Of a stretch of DNA of 64,000 bases, positions 46,678 through 53,996 are shown piece after piece. Source of the DNA: a virus; the IMG/VR virus record IMGVR_UViG_3300028048_000003. One strand, written 5' to 3'. The stretch's first letter is position 1; each line of letters opens with the position of its first letter. The notes beneath the pieces are model-generated. The model had not been told where the DNA came from. It saw nothing but the letters and a program-made list of their open reading frames with translations, and ran no database searches. The position numbers and the translations under genes were made by a program.

Positions 46678-47301
46678 TTATTCTCCCGTACTCCCAATAC
46701 CACCATCACGCGAATCAGCAGGAGCATCATCACTGACAAGGAACTTCTGGAAGATACCCTGTGCAATCTTGTCTCCCTTATGAACAACCTGCGGTGTATC
46801 GCCGTAGTTATACAGGAAAAGCATGATATGCCCCTCGTTTGAAGAGTTGTTGTAGTAGTCAGAATCAATAATTCCGACCGTATTGGGGAGGATAAGGTGC
46901 TTCTTTACCCCCATCGAAGAACGAGGATAGATTTTCAATACCTCATCGGAGAGCATATACGCTTTTACGCCAGAAGGAATACATTTTTGCTCACCGCTGC
47001 CGATAACACAATCAACAGGGGAATAGAAATCGTACCCTGCCGAGAAAACTGTGCTACGCTTTGGGAGAATGATGTCCTCTTGGTTGAGGTTTGTCTTTTT
47101 CACCTTCTCGAAACCGCGCTCTGGTTTTTCCAGCACATCGCAGAAAGAATTGCAAATCCCCTCAATTGCGCTCATCCGAAGCCCCTTCATAATTTTGGCT
47201 TCTTCCCTTGTCACATCGTTCTCTTCACAGAACTTATCGAAGCGTTCCTTTTCTCTCCGTACTGCTTCAACCAAAATCTGTGCTGCATTACCCTTGTTCA
47301 T
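46678..47301 (-). CDS. dut: dUTP diphosphatase (trimeric dUTPase) with ~70-aa N-terminal extension
   Basis: All five motifs are present: SAGYDFYSP, PRSSMGVK, GIIDSDYYNN, GDKIAQGIF, RDGGIGSTG. Start set at ATG 47301 (ATGA overlap with the upstream stop). Confidence 0.85.
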   Translation of the reverse strand: MNKGNAAQILVEAVRREKERFDKFCEENDVTREEAKIMKGLRMSAIEGICNSFCDVLEKPERGFEKVKKTNLNQEDIILPKRSTVFSAGYDFYSPVDCVIGSGEQKCIPSGVKAYMLSDEVLKIYPRSSMGVKKHLILPNTVGIIDSDYYNNSSNEGHIMLFLYNYGDTPQVVHKGDKIAQGIFQKFLVSDDAPADSRDGGIGSTGE

Positions 47302-47519
47302 CTGCGCTTTCCTTTCTTGTTCTGTGTTTTCCAATCCATCAGCTTCTTCTGCCACGGCTCAAGCTCTTCATAAGGAGGAAGGCCGCCGATACAATGCTTT
47401 AGAATACCCTTTTCGAGATTCTCATCGACGATTTTTTCCATTTTTTCCTTGTACTCGTCAGCGTTTTTGCGTGTGGAATCATAGTAAATCCATGTTCCGT
47501 GATACTTGTACTTGTCCAA
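47298..47519 (-). CDS. hypothetical protein (73 aa)
   Basis: TTG 47519 lies 8 nt after GGGGAGG. The track's longer N-terminus (to 47672) is Arg-rich with no SD. Confidence 0.4.
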   Translation of the reverse strand: MDKYKYHGTWIYYDSTRKNADEYKEKMEKIVDENLEKGILKHCIGGLPPYEELEPWQKKLMDWKTQNKKGKRR

Positions 47520-47858
47520 ATATTCTGTCCTCCCCGATAAGTAAAATTTTAATACCCCAGACTGCACAGGTATCTGTCTCCAATTACGCAGGAGAGTTTG
47601 AACGGTCGATACATCCCGAACATCACGCCGTAGGTCTATCCTAGGAATACAATACAACACATGTCTAGGCAATCTCTCACCGCCGAATCGAGGGACTTAT
47701 ATGGGAGCGCCCGACATATCGCCTGTGTCATATCGGAGTTTTAACGTCTTGTCTTTGACAGCTTAATTTAGAATGTTATTTATATACCTGTTTTACGGCT
47801 TATCTCTCGGCATGACCGTACCTCGTTACTTTCTCGCACTTGCGCTACATCTGGATAA

Positions 47859-47949
47859 TGGTGCGAGAGACGGGATTCGAACCCGTATGATATTTCTATC
47901 GAGGGTTTTTAAGACCCTTGCGCCTACCACATGATTACGCCACTCTCGC
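47859..47949 (-). tRNA. trnL: tRNA-Leu (anticodon UAA), long variable arm, encoded CCA
   Basis: Hand-folded: GCGAGAG acceptor stem; AGGGT-CTTAAAA-ACCCT anticodon arm; GATA-GAAA-TATC variable arm; ACGGG-TTCGAAT-CCCGT T-arm; CTCTCGC-A-CCA. Confidence 0.85.
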
Positions 47950-48292
47950 ATAATAATTGGTTTTTTCGTCTTTTCCTTGACGACCTAGCTTTTCAGATGT
48001 GTTTTAGTGCTGGCCAGTCACTTCAAGCATAGTCCCATTCACATCAGGGGCTTTAGGATTCGGTGCGGCGCTCCTGCCACCTTTCAGACAGGTCGCAATC
48101 CGCAGAGATGGTTCCAACATTTTTTAAGCGCATTTTCCATTCGGCGCTGCTGTTTTACCCACCTACCAGCAAGGGAAGCCTGAGCGTCGTGAATCGCGGC
48201 CTTGTCAGCCAAAACCAGTATGCTCCTAAAACATCAGGGACATCTGGAGTTCACGGTGGCTCACGCAAAAAAACTCGACCAATCATTCATAA

Positions 48293-48368
48293 TGGAGCTA
48301 CCGAGAGGAATCGAACCTCCAACCTACGCATTACAAGTGCGTTGCTCTACCAGTTGAGCTACGATAGC
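48293..48368 (-). tRNA. trnT: tRNA-Thr (anticodon UGU), encoded CCA
   Basis: GCTATCG…ACGCA-CTTGTAA-TGCGT…GGAGG-TTCGATT-CCTCT-CGGTAGC-T-CCA. Confidence 0.85.
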
Positions 48369-48527
48369 ATGATAATGTACCCAGATGTCAAAAGAATCTT
48401 TTTTAGTTGGAAAGGAGGTATTCTTACTGGGTACATCTTTATAAAATCACCCTTTTTTATAAATTGCTCAGGTCAACCTTTATAAAATATCGCTTTTTTA
48501 TAAAAACAGGTGATTAAATAAACATAT

Positions 48528-48602
48528 TGGCAGGGGTTACTGGACTCGAACCAGTGATGCGGGAGTCAAAGTCCCGTGCCTTAACCACTTGGCAAAACCC
48601 CT
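48528..48602 (-). tRNA. trnQ: tRNA-Gln (anticodon UUG), encoded CCA
   Basis: AGGGGTT…CGGGA-CTTTGAC-TCCCG…ACTGG-TTCGAGT-CCAGT-AACCCCT-G-CCA. Confidence 0.85.
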
Positions 48603-48604
48603 AT

Positions 48605-48680
<76 letters not shown>

Positions 48681-48759
48681 ATGATATATGGTTTTAGCGA
48701 GTTTTCCTTCTCGATTTGAGGTTTTCTTCTCTTCCGAAGTTCTCCTCACTACGGTTTAT

Positions 48760-48788
48760 ATCATATCACTTTTTAGGTCTGTTGTAAA
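48760..48788 (-). promoter_or_regulatory. sigma70-like promoter TTTACA-17 nt-TATGAT upstream of the tRNA array
   Basis: Minus-strand hexamers at 48788-48783 and 48765-48760, ~80 nt upstream of tRNA-Lys. Confidence 0.45.
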
Positions 48789-48817
48789 CAAAAAATTTAT
48801 TTATATAACGTAATTTT

Positions 48818-49375
48818 TCATTTACTCAACTCATTGAAGAAAGACGGCTGGAGTGCAAACATGAAGTCCTTATATGACTCATCGAGGGAAACCATGTCAG
48901 CGTAGTCCTGTTCAAAGAACTTGTGCAGCTCCCCGTAGTTGCGGTCAGAGACTTCTCGAATAGCATACTTCTCGCCGCTCTCGCTCTCAATCACGTTACC
49001 GTTCACGGCCTTGGAGTGCTTTACCAAATCATAGAAGATATTCTCATCCATGACATAGCAGAACCCTGTGATATAAAGTATCTTCTTCTCTCCGATTAGC
49101 CGACGAATCCGCTCAAAAGACTGCCGCTTCTTGTTCTCTACCTTACGTTCTACACCGAAGATGGTCACGCGCAAGTCAGAATCAGCGCCCTCACGAATCT
49201 TCTTATATGCGCCAGAACCGTCAATGATACGAGCTTCAAATCCCTGTCTCTGGAAATGCAGGAGCAACTTCTTTTCAGACTTCTTCCCTCGCCGCTTGTT
49301 GGAACGTCCGATAGCCTGTCTCGATTTGCTCTTCTTACGCTCAAACTTGTTGTACTCTTTACACTTACGACACAT
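48818..49375 (-). CDS. PD-(D/E)xK nuclease, archaeal-Hjc-like Holliday junction resolvase fold
   Basis: …GKKSEKKLLLHFQRQGFEARIIDGSGAY…DSDLRVTIFGVERKVENKKR… fits the E…GS…D…E.K pattern. Start uncertain (ATG 49375 or TTG 49396). Confidence 0.45.
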   Translation of the reverse strand: MCRKCKEYNKFERKKSKSRQAIGRSNKRRGKKSEKKLLLHFQRQGFEARIIDGSGAYKKIREGADSDLRVTIFGVERKVENKKRQSFERIRRLIGEKKILYITGFCYVMDENIFYDLVKHSKAVNGNVIESESGEKYAIREVSDRNYGELHKFFEQDYADMVSLDESYKDFMFALQPSFFNELSK

Positions 49376-49407
49376 ACCGCGAGTCTCACTAGACAAGCAG
49401 TACGGCT

Positions 49408-49617
49408 TTACAACACACTCAGAAATGGTGCATCCTCCTCCTCTACATCGTCAATCACAATGTTTGCGAACATATCCTCATCTGTATAGTCCTCTGGGTA
49501 GTCAATCATCATCTGTGCTGCTTCTTTTTTTGATGTAGCGCGGACAATAGAGCTATCATCCGTATGCCACCTCACACGGTACGTCTTAGTCTCCAAAATG
49601 GATGTACCTCTTTGCAA
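49408..49617 (-). CDS. hypothetical acidic protein
   Basis: ORF with a TTG start. An alternative TTG at 49596 follows AGAGGT. Confidence 0.4.
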   Translation of the reverse strand: MQRGTSILETKTYRVRWHTDDSSIVRATSKKEAAQMMIDYPEDYTDEDMFANIVIDDVEEEDAPFLSVL

Positions 49618-49725
49618 TCTTCTCGATTAGCGACAAAAAACCGCTCATTACTACCCAACCAAGTGCCAGACCAGCACTGAGCATAACTCCATCTACAAAC
49701 AACATTCCTATCACTTTCCTTTCTA

Positions 49726-50073
49726 TCATTCCAATCTATCAGGCACAGGCTCTCCCCAGAAATCATGCCGCGCAATATCACAAAACATATCGGCAATACC
49801 AAGTTCATTGATACCGAAAGAGATAGCCAGAGCCTTATCGCCTTTTACCGTATCGCGAATTTCCTTCAATATTTCAAGATACTCCATTATTACCTTCGCT
49901 TTCATATTGCAAATAAAAGGAGAACGACGGAGAGCAAGCTCTGCTGCGTAAAGAGCATTGTTTTCCTCATCCGAAAAGATGAACTTCATATCTTCTTTCT
50001 CTTCTTTTAGGCGCATCTTCTCGATGATTTTAATAGCTTTCTTTCTCTTCATATCAATCACCAATTTCATCAC
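49726..50073 (-). CDS. hypothetical protein
   Basis: 115-aa ORF. Start uncertain (GTG 50073, ATG 50070 or ATG 50052). Confidence 0.45.
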   Translation of the reverse strand: MMKLVIDMKRKKAIKIIEKMRLKEEKEDMKFIFSDEENNALYAAELALRRSPFICNMKAKVIMEYLEILKEIRDTVKGDKALAISFGINELGIADMFCDIARHDFWGEPVPDRLE

Positions 50074-50455
50074 GCAGCTCTAGCTCTTCATCGCTATATT
50101 TACACCACATATAGTTGCAATAATCGGCTTCATTGACGTACTTGTTGAAGTCACGCCAAGTCATATCAACTAACCTATCATACACTTTCCTTTCCTTGAA
50201 ATAATACTTTTGAAGCAAGCGATATTTCGCCAGTTTCTTCCCTTTTTCGAGGTCAAACTTATCGTCTGGATGGCACTTCGCAACACCGACCAGCCCACCT
50301 TTTGTAAGCTCATCGGCATACTTTCCTATCCTGTCCTTCACTTGAACAGAGAGGTGTTTTTCTTCAAAGATACCATTTACGATTTGATAGCCGTCTGGTT
50401 CATCTCCAGAAAACCGAGCGTAGACTTCGTTTCCCTTGCGCGTATACTCAATCAT
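50054..50455 (-). CDS. hypothetical protein
   Basis: 133 aa. ATGA overlap with the upstream stop. Contains …AKCHPDDKFDLEKGKKLAKYRL…. Confidence 0.5.
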   Translation of the reverse strand: MIEYTRKGNEVYARFSGDEPDGYQIVNGIFEEKHLSVQVKDRIGKYADELTKGGLVGVAKCHPDDKFDLEKGKKLAKYRLLQKYYFKERKVYDRLVDMTWRDFNKYVNEADYCNYMWCKYSDEELELRDEIGD

Positions 50456-50727
50456 TGTTTTCCCTCCCCAAGGATTCCAAGTGCTTCTGGCAGACTGATA
50501 ATACCATTTTCGCGTAGCAATTCTTTTTCCTTATCTGCTTTCCATGACGCATCGGAGCAAAAAATATCATACCAATCTAACACAGACAGAATCACCTCTC
50601 CGCATCTATCGCACCTGCAAACATCATAAATCTTTACGTTCACGTTCATATAGCTAGAAGAAATTACATACGCTGGAATACGCTTTCCTTTCCGCTTATG
50701 CCCAAAGAGATGACAAAGAATACTCAC
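50452..50727 (-). CDS. small Cys-containing prophage protein (DUF1660-like N-terminus)
   Basis: 91 aa. The MSILCHLFGHKRKG… start resembles the C.LFGHKW motif recalled for DUF1660. CRCDRCGE zinc-ribbon-like. Confidence 0.45.
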   Translation of the reverse strand: MSILCHLFGHKRKGKRIPAYVISSSYMNVNVKIYDVCRCDRCGEVILSVLDWYDIFCSDASWKADKEKELLRENGIISLPEALGILGEGKQ

Positions 50728-50957
50728 TTTTCCACACTCCTATAATCGTCACAACTCCACGACAAATCTCCCATGCTGACAGGGGACTGTTTCATACTCT
50801 TTTTACAGAACTCAGAATCTTTGTTTCTATGGCAGCTTGTCTCGGCACAATCAGCTAAACAGAAGCAAATGTCAGAACTTGACCCTGTATACTTCCATGT
50901 ATGATACTCCTTAGTCCCCAATTCTGGGTTTTGACTCACGACATCAAGGGTTTTCAT
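50724..50957 (-). CDS. small Cys-rich protein
   Basis: ATG 9 nt after AGGAGG (MKTLDVVSQ…). CFCLADCAETSCHRNK motif. Confidence 0.45.
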   Translation of the reverse strand: MKTLDVVSQNPELGTKEYHTWKYTGSSSDICFCLADCAETSCHRNKDSEFCKKSMKQSPVSMGDLSWSCDDYRSVEK

Positions 50958-50990
50958 TACTTGTTTCCTCCTCTGTCCCAATAAGTTCCA

Positions 50991-51368
50991 TCACTTATCC
51001 TCTCTTACCGTAATCCTCAATGAGTCCTTATCTGTTTCTCCTTCGATAAAAGAGATTATGTAGTCACCATACAATTCGATTCGGAAAAAGCCTCCGTAAG
51101 CAGAATTAATAAAGACAATGGCTAATGAAAACTTGTCATGTATAACGCATACCTGTGTATCGTATTTATGCAAAAAGAGAGTCATATCGTCTCCAATAAC
51201 CACTTCATTATGTCCATTTACGATAGAGGAGAAGAGGTCTTCAAGGATTTTTATATTTTTGCAAGCGAGCTTTTTATCGTCCTTTGGAAAGTCATGTATG
51301 TTCATCTTATAAGAATGGAGTGTCACTACATTCCTTTGACCGAAAACCGAACGTTCAATTATTTGCAT
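50991..51368 (-). CDS. hypothetical protein
   Basis: 125-aa ORF. Confidence 0.45.
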   Translation of the reverse strand: MQIIERSVFGQRNVVTLHSYKMNIHDFPKDDKKLACKNIKILEDLFSSIVNGHNEVVIGDDMTLFLHKYDTQVCVIHDKFSLAIVFINSAYGGFFRIELYGDYIISFIEGETDKDSLRITVREDK

Positions 51369-51574
51369 ATCCAGTTCCCATCCTTAAACTCTACGTCAAA
51401 AGCACTTCCCGCTAAATACTTTTTGTCGAAATCGCTTTCTGGAATAGCGCATCCACATGTAAGGCAATCCTCATCACAACCGTCACAATCTAGTTTATTT
51501 CGCGTACAGAAATCACAGCACATGTTATCCATATCGCAATCAGGAACAGCGTCTTTACACCTCAAAACAATCAT
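51359..51574 (-). CDS. Cys-rich small protein, paralogue A
   Basis: 71 aa with 10 Cys: …CKDAVPDCDMDNMCCDFCTRNKLDCDGCDEDCLTCGCAIPE…. ATGA overlap with the paralogue B stop. Confidence 0.55.
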   Translation of the reverse strand: MIVLRCKDAVPDCDMDNMCCDFCTRNKLDCDGCDEDCLTCGCAIPESDFDKKYLAGSAFDVEFKDGNWICK

Positions 51575-51780
51575 CCCTTTCCGTTATCGTTTACGATTCT
51601 TTCAAGTTCCTCTAAATCATCGCTATCCTCTCGAATTGCACATCCGCAAAAGAAGAACTCGTAATCACATCCAACACATTCTGCTCTATCTTTGACACAG
51701 AAATTACAACACATATTATTCATCCTACATTCGTCGTTTTTTATGCTACACTTCAAAACACCACGACCTTCCCATGCCAT
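51571..51780 (-). CDS. Cys-rich small protein, paralogue B
   Basis: …CSIKNDECRMNNMCCNFCVKDRAECVGCDYEFFFCGCAIRE…. Start is ATG 51780, or TTG 51756 (TTGA overlap). Confidence 0.55.
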   Translation of the reverse strand: MAWEGRGVLKCSIKNDECRMNNMCCNFCVKDRAECVGCDYEFFFCGCAIREDSDDLEELERIVNDNGKG

Positions 51781-51962
51781 CCTTCTTGCATAACCCTACA
51801 AACCAAGTTATATGCTCCATCCTCCGTATAGGTGTGAACCTTCGCTTTAGGTGGGTATTTCCTTAGTTCGTGAATCATGTCTTCCACGGTCATTCCCTTG
51901 ATGTATGTAGCAAACCGTTTCCTCGATGGGGCGCGGTCAACGTTTTCAACCTTCGTAATCAT
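51753..51962 (-). CDS. hypothetical protein
   Basis: Start moved to ATG 51962 (MITKVENVD…), with an ATGA overlap to the upstream small ORF. Confidence 0.45.
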   Translation of the reverse strand: MITKVENVDRAPSRKRFATYIKGMTVEDMIHELRKYPPKAKVHTYTEDGAYNLVCRVMQEGWHGKVVVF

Positions 51963-52102
51963 GCGTCGAACCCCAGATAGTAGTCCCAAGAGCAAGCGGC
52001 AGCCACAGCTAGTTCGTACTTGCCCCAGCCGATTTCTCTCGCAAGCATAATGACCTCTTTCATCTTCTCGATTAGCTCATCAATCTTCTCGTCTTTTTCC
52101 AT
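51959..52102 (-). CDS. small hypothetical protein (47 aa, not in ORF track)
   Basis: Own translation: MEKDEKIDELIEKMKEVIMLAREIGWGKYELAVAAACSWDYYLGFDA. GAGAGGAAAG lies upstream. Confidence 0.4.
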   Translation of the reverse strand: MEKDEKIDELIEKMKEVIMLAREIGWGKYELAVAAACSWDYYLGFDA

Positions 52103-52280
52103 TCGCTTTCCTCTCGAACCATAAACGGCATAATTCCTTCGCGTGATTTACCACGTTCACAATATCATCGTTTCCATTCACGTTGATACTCATTTCTTTC
52201 AGCGTCCCCTGCATCGTATCGTCGTGAATCGTAATCGTCACCAAATCAAAAATCGCCAACTTTCCAAAAATAAACTTGAG

Positions 52281-52310
52281 ACTAATTGCAACTAATTGCG
52301 ACTAATTAAA
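52281..52310. repeat. 3 x 10-bp tandem repeat (ACTAATTGCA ACTAATTGCG ACTAATTAAA)
   Basis: Read directly from the sequence, in an intergenic stretch. Confidence 0.6.
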
Positions 52311-52331
52311 ACAAAGAGTGTATAGTTACCA

Positions 52332-52544
52332 CTACACCAACTTTCTAAGCTCCAAAAGCTCTTTTCGCAGCAGGGTAACTTTATTTCCGATATTGTATGC
52401 AGTTGAAGCTGTGGTATAGCCGTAGCCCCGTGTTTTTCCAATCTCATCGGCATCAGCTCTTTCACATACATCTCTGTACAAGCTGTTCATAAGCAATTTA
52501 CATAGCTCCGCTTTTTCTACGGCAAGCTCTGTCCGCTCATCCAT
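52332..52544 (-). CDS. hypothetical protein
   Basis: ATG 10 nt after GAGGAG; the track start GTG is too close to the SD. Confidence 0.45.
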   Translation of the reverse strand: MDERTELAVEKAELCKLLMNSLYRDVCERADADEIGKTRGYGYTTASTAYNIGNKVTLLRKELLELRKLV

Positions 52545-52556
52545 ATCAATCACTCC

Positions 52557-52808
52557 TCAAATACGGATATGCTCTTCTGGCCGCAAAAGGCCATTTTTAG
52601 CAAGTTCCTTCTCATCAACAAACGACGAATATCGATTGATAAACAGCGGGCATCGACGGCACTCATTAAGAGGTTCGTCTGTCCTTGCATCATATCTTCC
52701 TCCGCACAGATAGATTTTTCTTCCGCTAGTTGTCTCAACCGAATCTAGTGCGTAGCCTTTGGTCTTTACCTCACCTTTGCGTACTAGCTCACATGCGCTT
52801 TGTCTCAT
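52557..52808 (-). CDS. hypothetical protein
   Basis: ATG after GAGGAGGAG. 83 aa. Preferred over the overlapping 52550..52738 frame. Confidence 0.5.
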   Translation of the reverse strand: MRQSACELVRKGEVKTKGYALDSVETTSGRKIYLCGGRYDARTDEPLNECRRCPLFINRYSSFVDEKELAKNGLLRPEEHIRI

Positions 52809-52852
52809 ATTTTCTCCTCCTCAAATACGAATAGATAATATTTGTTTTACAT

Positions 52853-53185
52853 TCATTTCGTTTCGCGAACAACTTCAGCAATCCTAGAAATCAAATCTAC
52901 AACATGGTCTTCTGTAATAGAAATATTATCTGGTGTGATAACAGATGCAGCAATCATTGTATAAACCGTTTTCTTATCTGGGATAAATACCAGCAAGATA
53001 AGGCATATTGTTGCTACAACCGCACAGATTTTAATATACATCACTTTTTTCTCATCAGGCCAGTCAACCAAAATAGGCATAATCGTTGCGAATACTGATG
53101 CGAATAGAATGAAAAGTGATAAACCATGAATTGCATTGAGCACATAGATTAAATAAAACCATGCTGGAGAGATAATCGCGTCCAT
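52853..53185 (-). CDS. three-pass membrane protein
   Basis: 110 aa. AAGGTGGTGA SD. Three hydrophobic helices. Confidence 0.55.
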   Translation of the reverse strand: MDAIISPAWFYLIYVLNAIHGLSLFILFASVFATIMPILVDWPDEKKVMYIKICAVVATICLILLVFIPDKKTVYTMIAASVITPDNISITEDHVVDLISRIAEVVRETK

Positions 53186-53202
53186 TTTGCTTAATCACCA
53201 CC

Positions 53203-53388
53203 TTAGATACGAATACATTCAAAGTCCATGACGGATTGCGTCTGCTCGTTTTTCTCAAACCAACCTTTTGCCGCGGGAACTACGAGCGCACCGTCTTTAC
53301 CGTCGATAAAAATTACGTCCCCAGTTAGAACACTCCTGTCTGTATTTCCTTTCGTCACTTTATAAAACTTGTCAGGTTCTAACCTCAT
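53203..53388 (-). CDS. hypothetical protein (61 aa)
   Basis: ATG 53388 (MRLEPDKFYKVTKG…) overlaps the TGA of the small upstream ORF (ATGA). Confidence 0.5.
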   Translation of the reverse strand: MRLEPDKFYKVTKGNTDRSVLTGDVIFIDGKDGALVVPAAKGWFEKNEQTQSVMDFECIRI

Positions 53389-53522
53389 TGGTTCTCTATC
53401 CTCTTGTGAGCAAGCGCCCCAGTAATTGCGCCACAAACGAACACAGCTATATAGGTGATTATCTCTATCATTTCTCTTGCTCCAGAGGTGAGCACGGATA
53501 TATAGCTGATTATTTCTATCAT
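53385..53522 (-). CDS. small hydrophobic peptide (45 aa) with duplicated 5' end
   Basis: Own translation: MIEIISYISVLTSGAREMIEIITYIAVFVCGAITGALAHKRIENQ. ATGA overlaps at both ends. AAAGGAG SD lies inside the end of the upstream gene. Confidence 0.45.
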   Translation of the reverse strand: MIEIISYISVLTSGAREMIEIITYIAVFVCGAITGALAHKRIENQ

Positions 53523-53806
53523 TTTTCTTTTCTCCTTTCAATCTCACGATTCAGATACCAAGCGGCTTTCTTTAAGTCTTCGACCACCTTGTCGGATTTC
53601 TTACCGCATCGAGCGATGTACTTCACCGTATTGCCAAGGCAGAAGTCCAAGTTCCATGCTTCAATCACGTCGATAGCCTCGATACCGCCAGTTTTATAGT
53701 AAGCTGGGTGGTTCACGGCTTCACGTCGTTCAATATCTGCAAGCTGCTCCTGCGCGTATGTCGGAGCATCATTGATGCAGTTGCCGTTTCTATCGCAAGT
53801 CTCCAT
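53519..53806 (-). CDS. DUF3310-like phage protein
   Basis: …VNHPAYYKTGGIEAIDVIEAWNLDFCLGNTVKYIARCGKKSDKVVEDLKKAAWYL… matches the recalled DUF3310 pattern (HPxHY…iE.idvi…gN.iKYi.R…eDL.KA.wYl). Confidence 0.6.
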   Translation of the reverse strand: METCDRNGNCINDAPTYAQEQLADIERREAVNHPAYYKTGGIEAIDVIEAWNLDFCLGNTVKYIARCGKKSDKVVEDLKKAAWYLNREIERRKEK

Positions 53807-53849
53807 TATTCTCCCTCTTATTCCTCTAACAAAATATGACAGAAATTTT

Positions 53850-53996
53850 TCATTTCTGAATCAACAGCCATTCTAGGAACGTCATGTGCTCTTTAAGCTG
53901 CCCCGTATCGTATACATACCATTCGATTCCAAGTCCTACGGCAGACAGCAAAAGCATAAATCCAACGGTAAAAAGAAATTCGTATAAAAGTTTCAT
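53850..53996 (-). CDS. small hydrophobic peptide (48 aa, not in ORF track)
   Basis: Own translation: MKLLYEFLFTVGFMLLLSAVGLGIEWYVYDTGQLKEHMTFLEWLLIQK. The ATG overlaps the upstream TGA (ATGA at 53993-53996). Confidence 0.45.
   Translation of the reverse strand: MKLLYEFLFTVGFMLLLSAVGLGIEWYVYDTGQLKEHMTFLEWLLIQK

Noticed and set aside
47298-47672. 124-aa form of this ORF
   Set aside because: The N-terminal 51 codons are Arg-rich with no start context. A TTG 8 nt after GGGGAGG at 47519 gives a compact, plausible protein.
47950-48292. tmRNA, RNase P RNA, SRP RNA or a degenerate fifth tRNA in the spacer
   Set aside because: No tRNA-like 3' end (GGTTCGAATCC…CCA), no GGAAAGTCC-type RNase P motif, and no SRP domain IV motif found by eye. 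Kept only as an unknown RNA candidate.
48063-48485. 140-aa plus-strand ORF
   Set aside because: Overlaps tRNA-Thr on the opposite strand. No SD. Composition is driven by the tRNA/spacer sequence.
52103-52260. Possible additional ~45-60-codon minus-strand ORF (…MQGTLKEMSINVNGNDDIVNVVNHAKELCRLWFERKANGKRRED)
   Set aside because: The frame is open, but none of the candidate starts (TTG ~52256, ATG 52214, ATG ~52193) has a convincing SD. Left unannotated.
53203-53547. 114-aa form of this ORF
   Set aside because: Its N-terminal half (…KNDRNNQLYIRAHLWSKRNDRDNHLY…) is the tandem DNA repeat read out of frame. The alternative small ORF is bracketed by ATGA overlaps on both sides.
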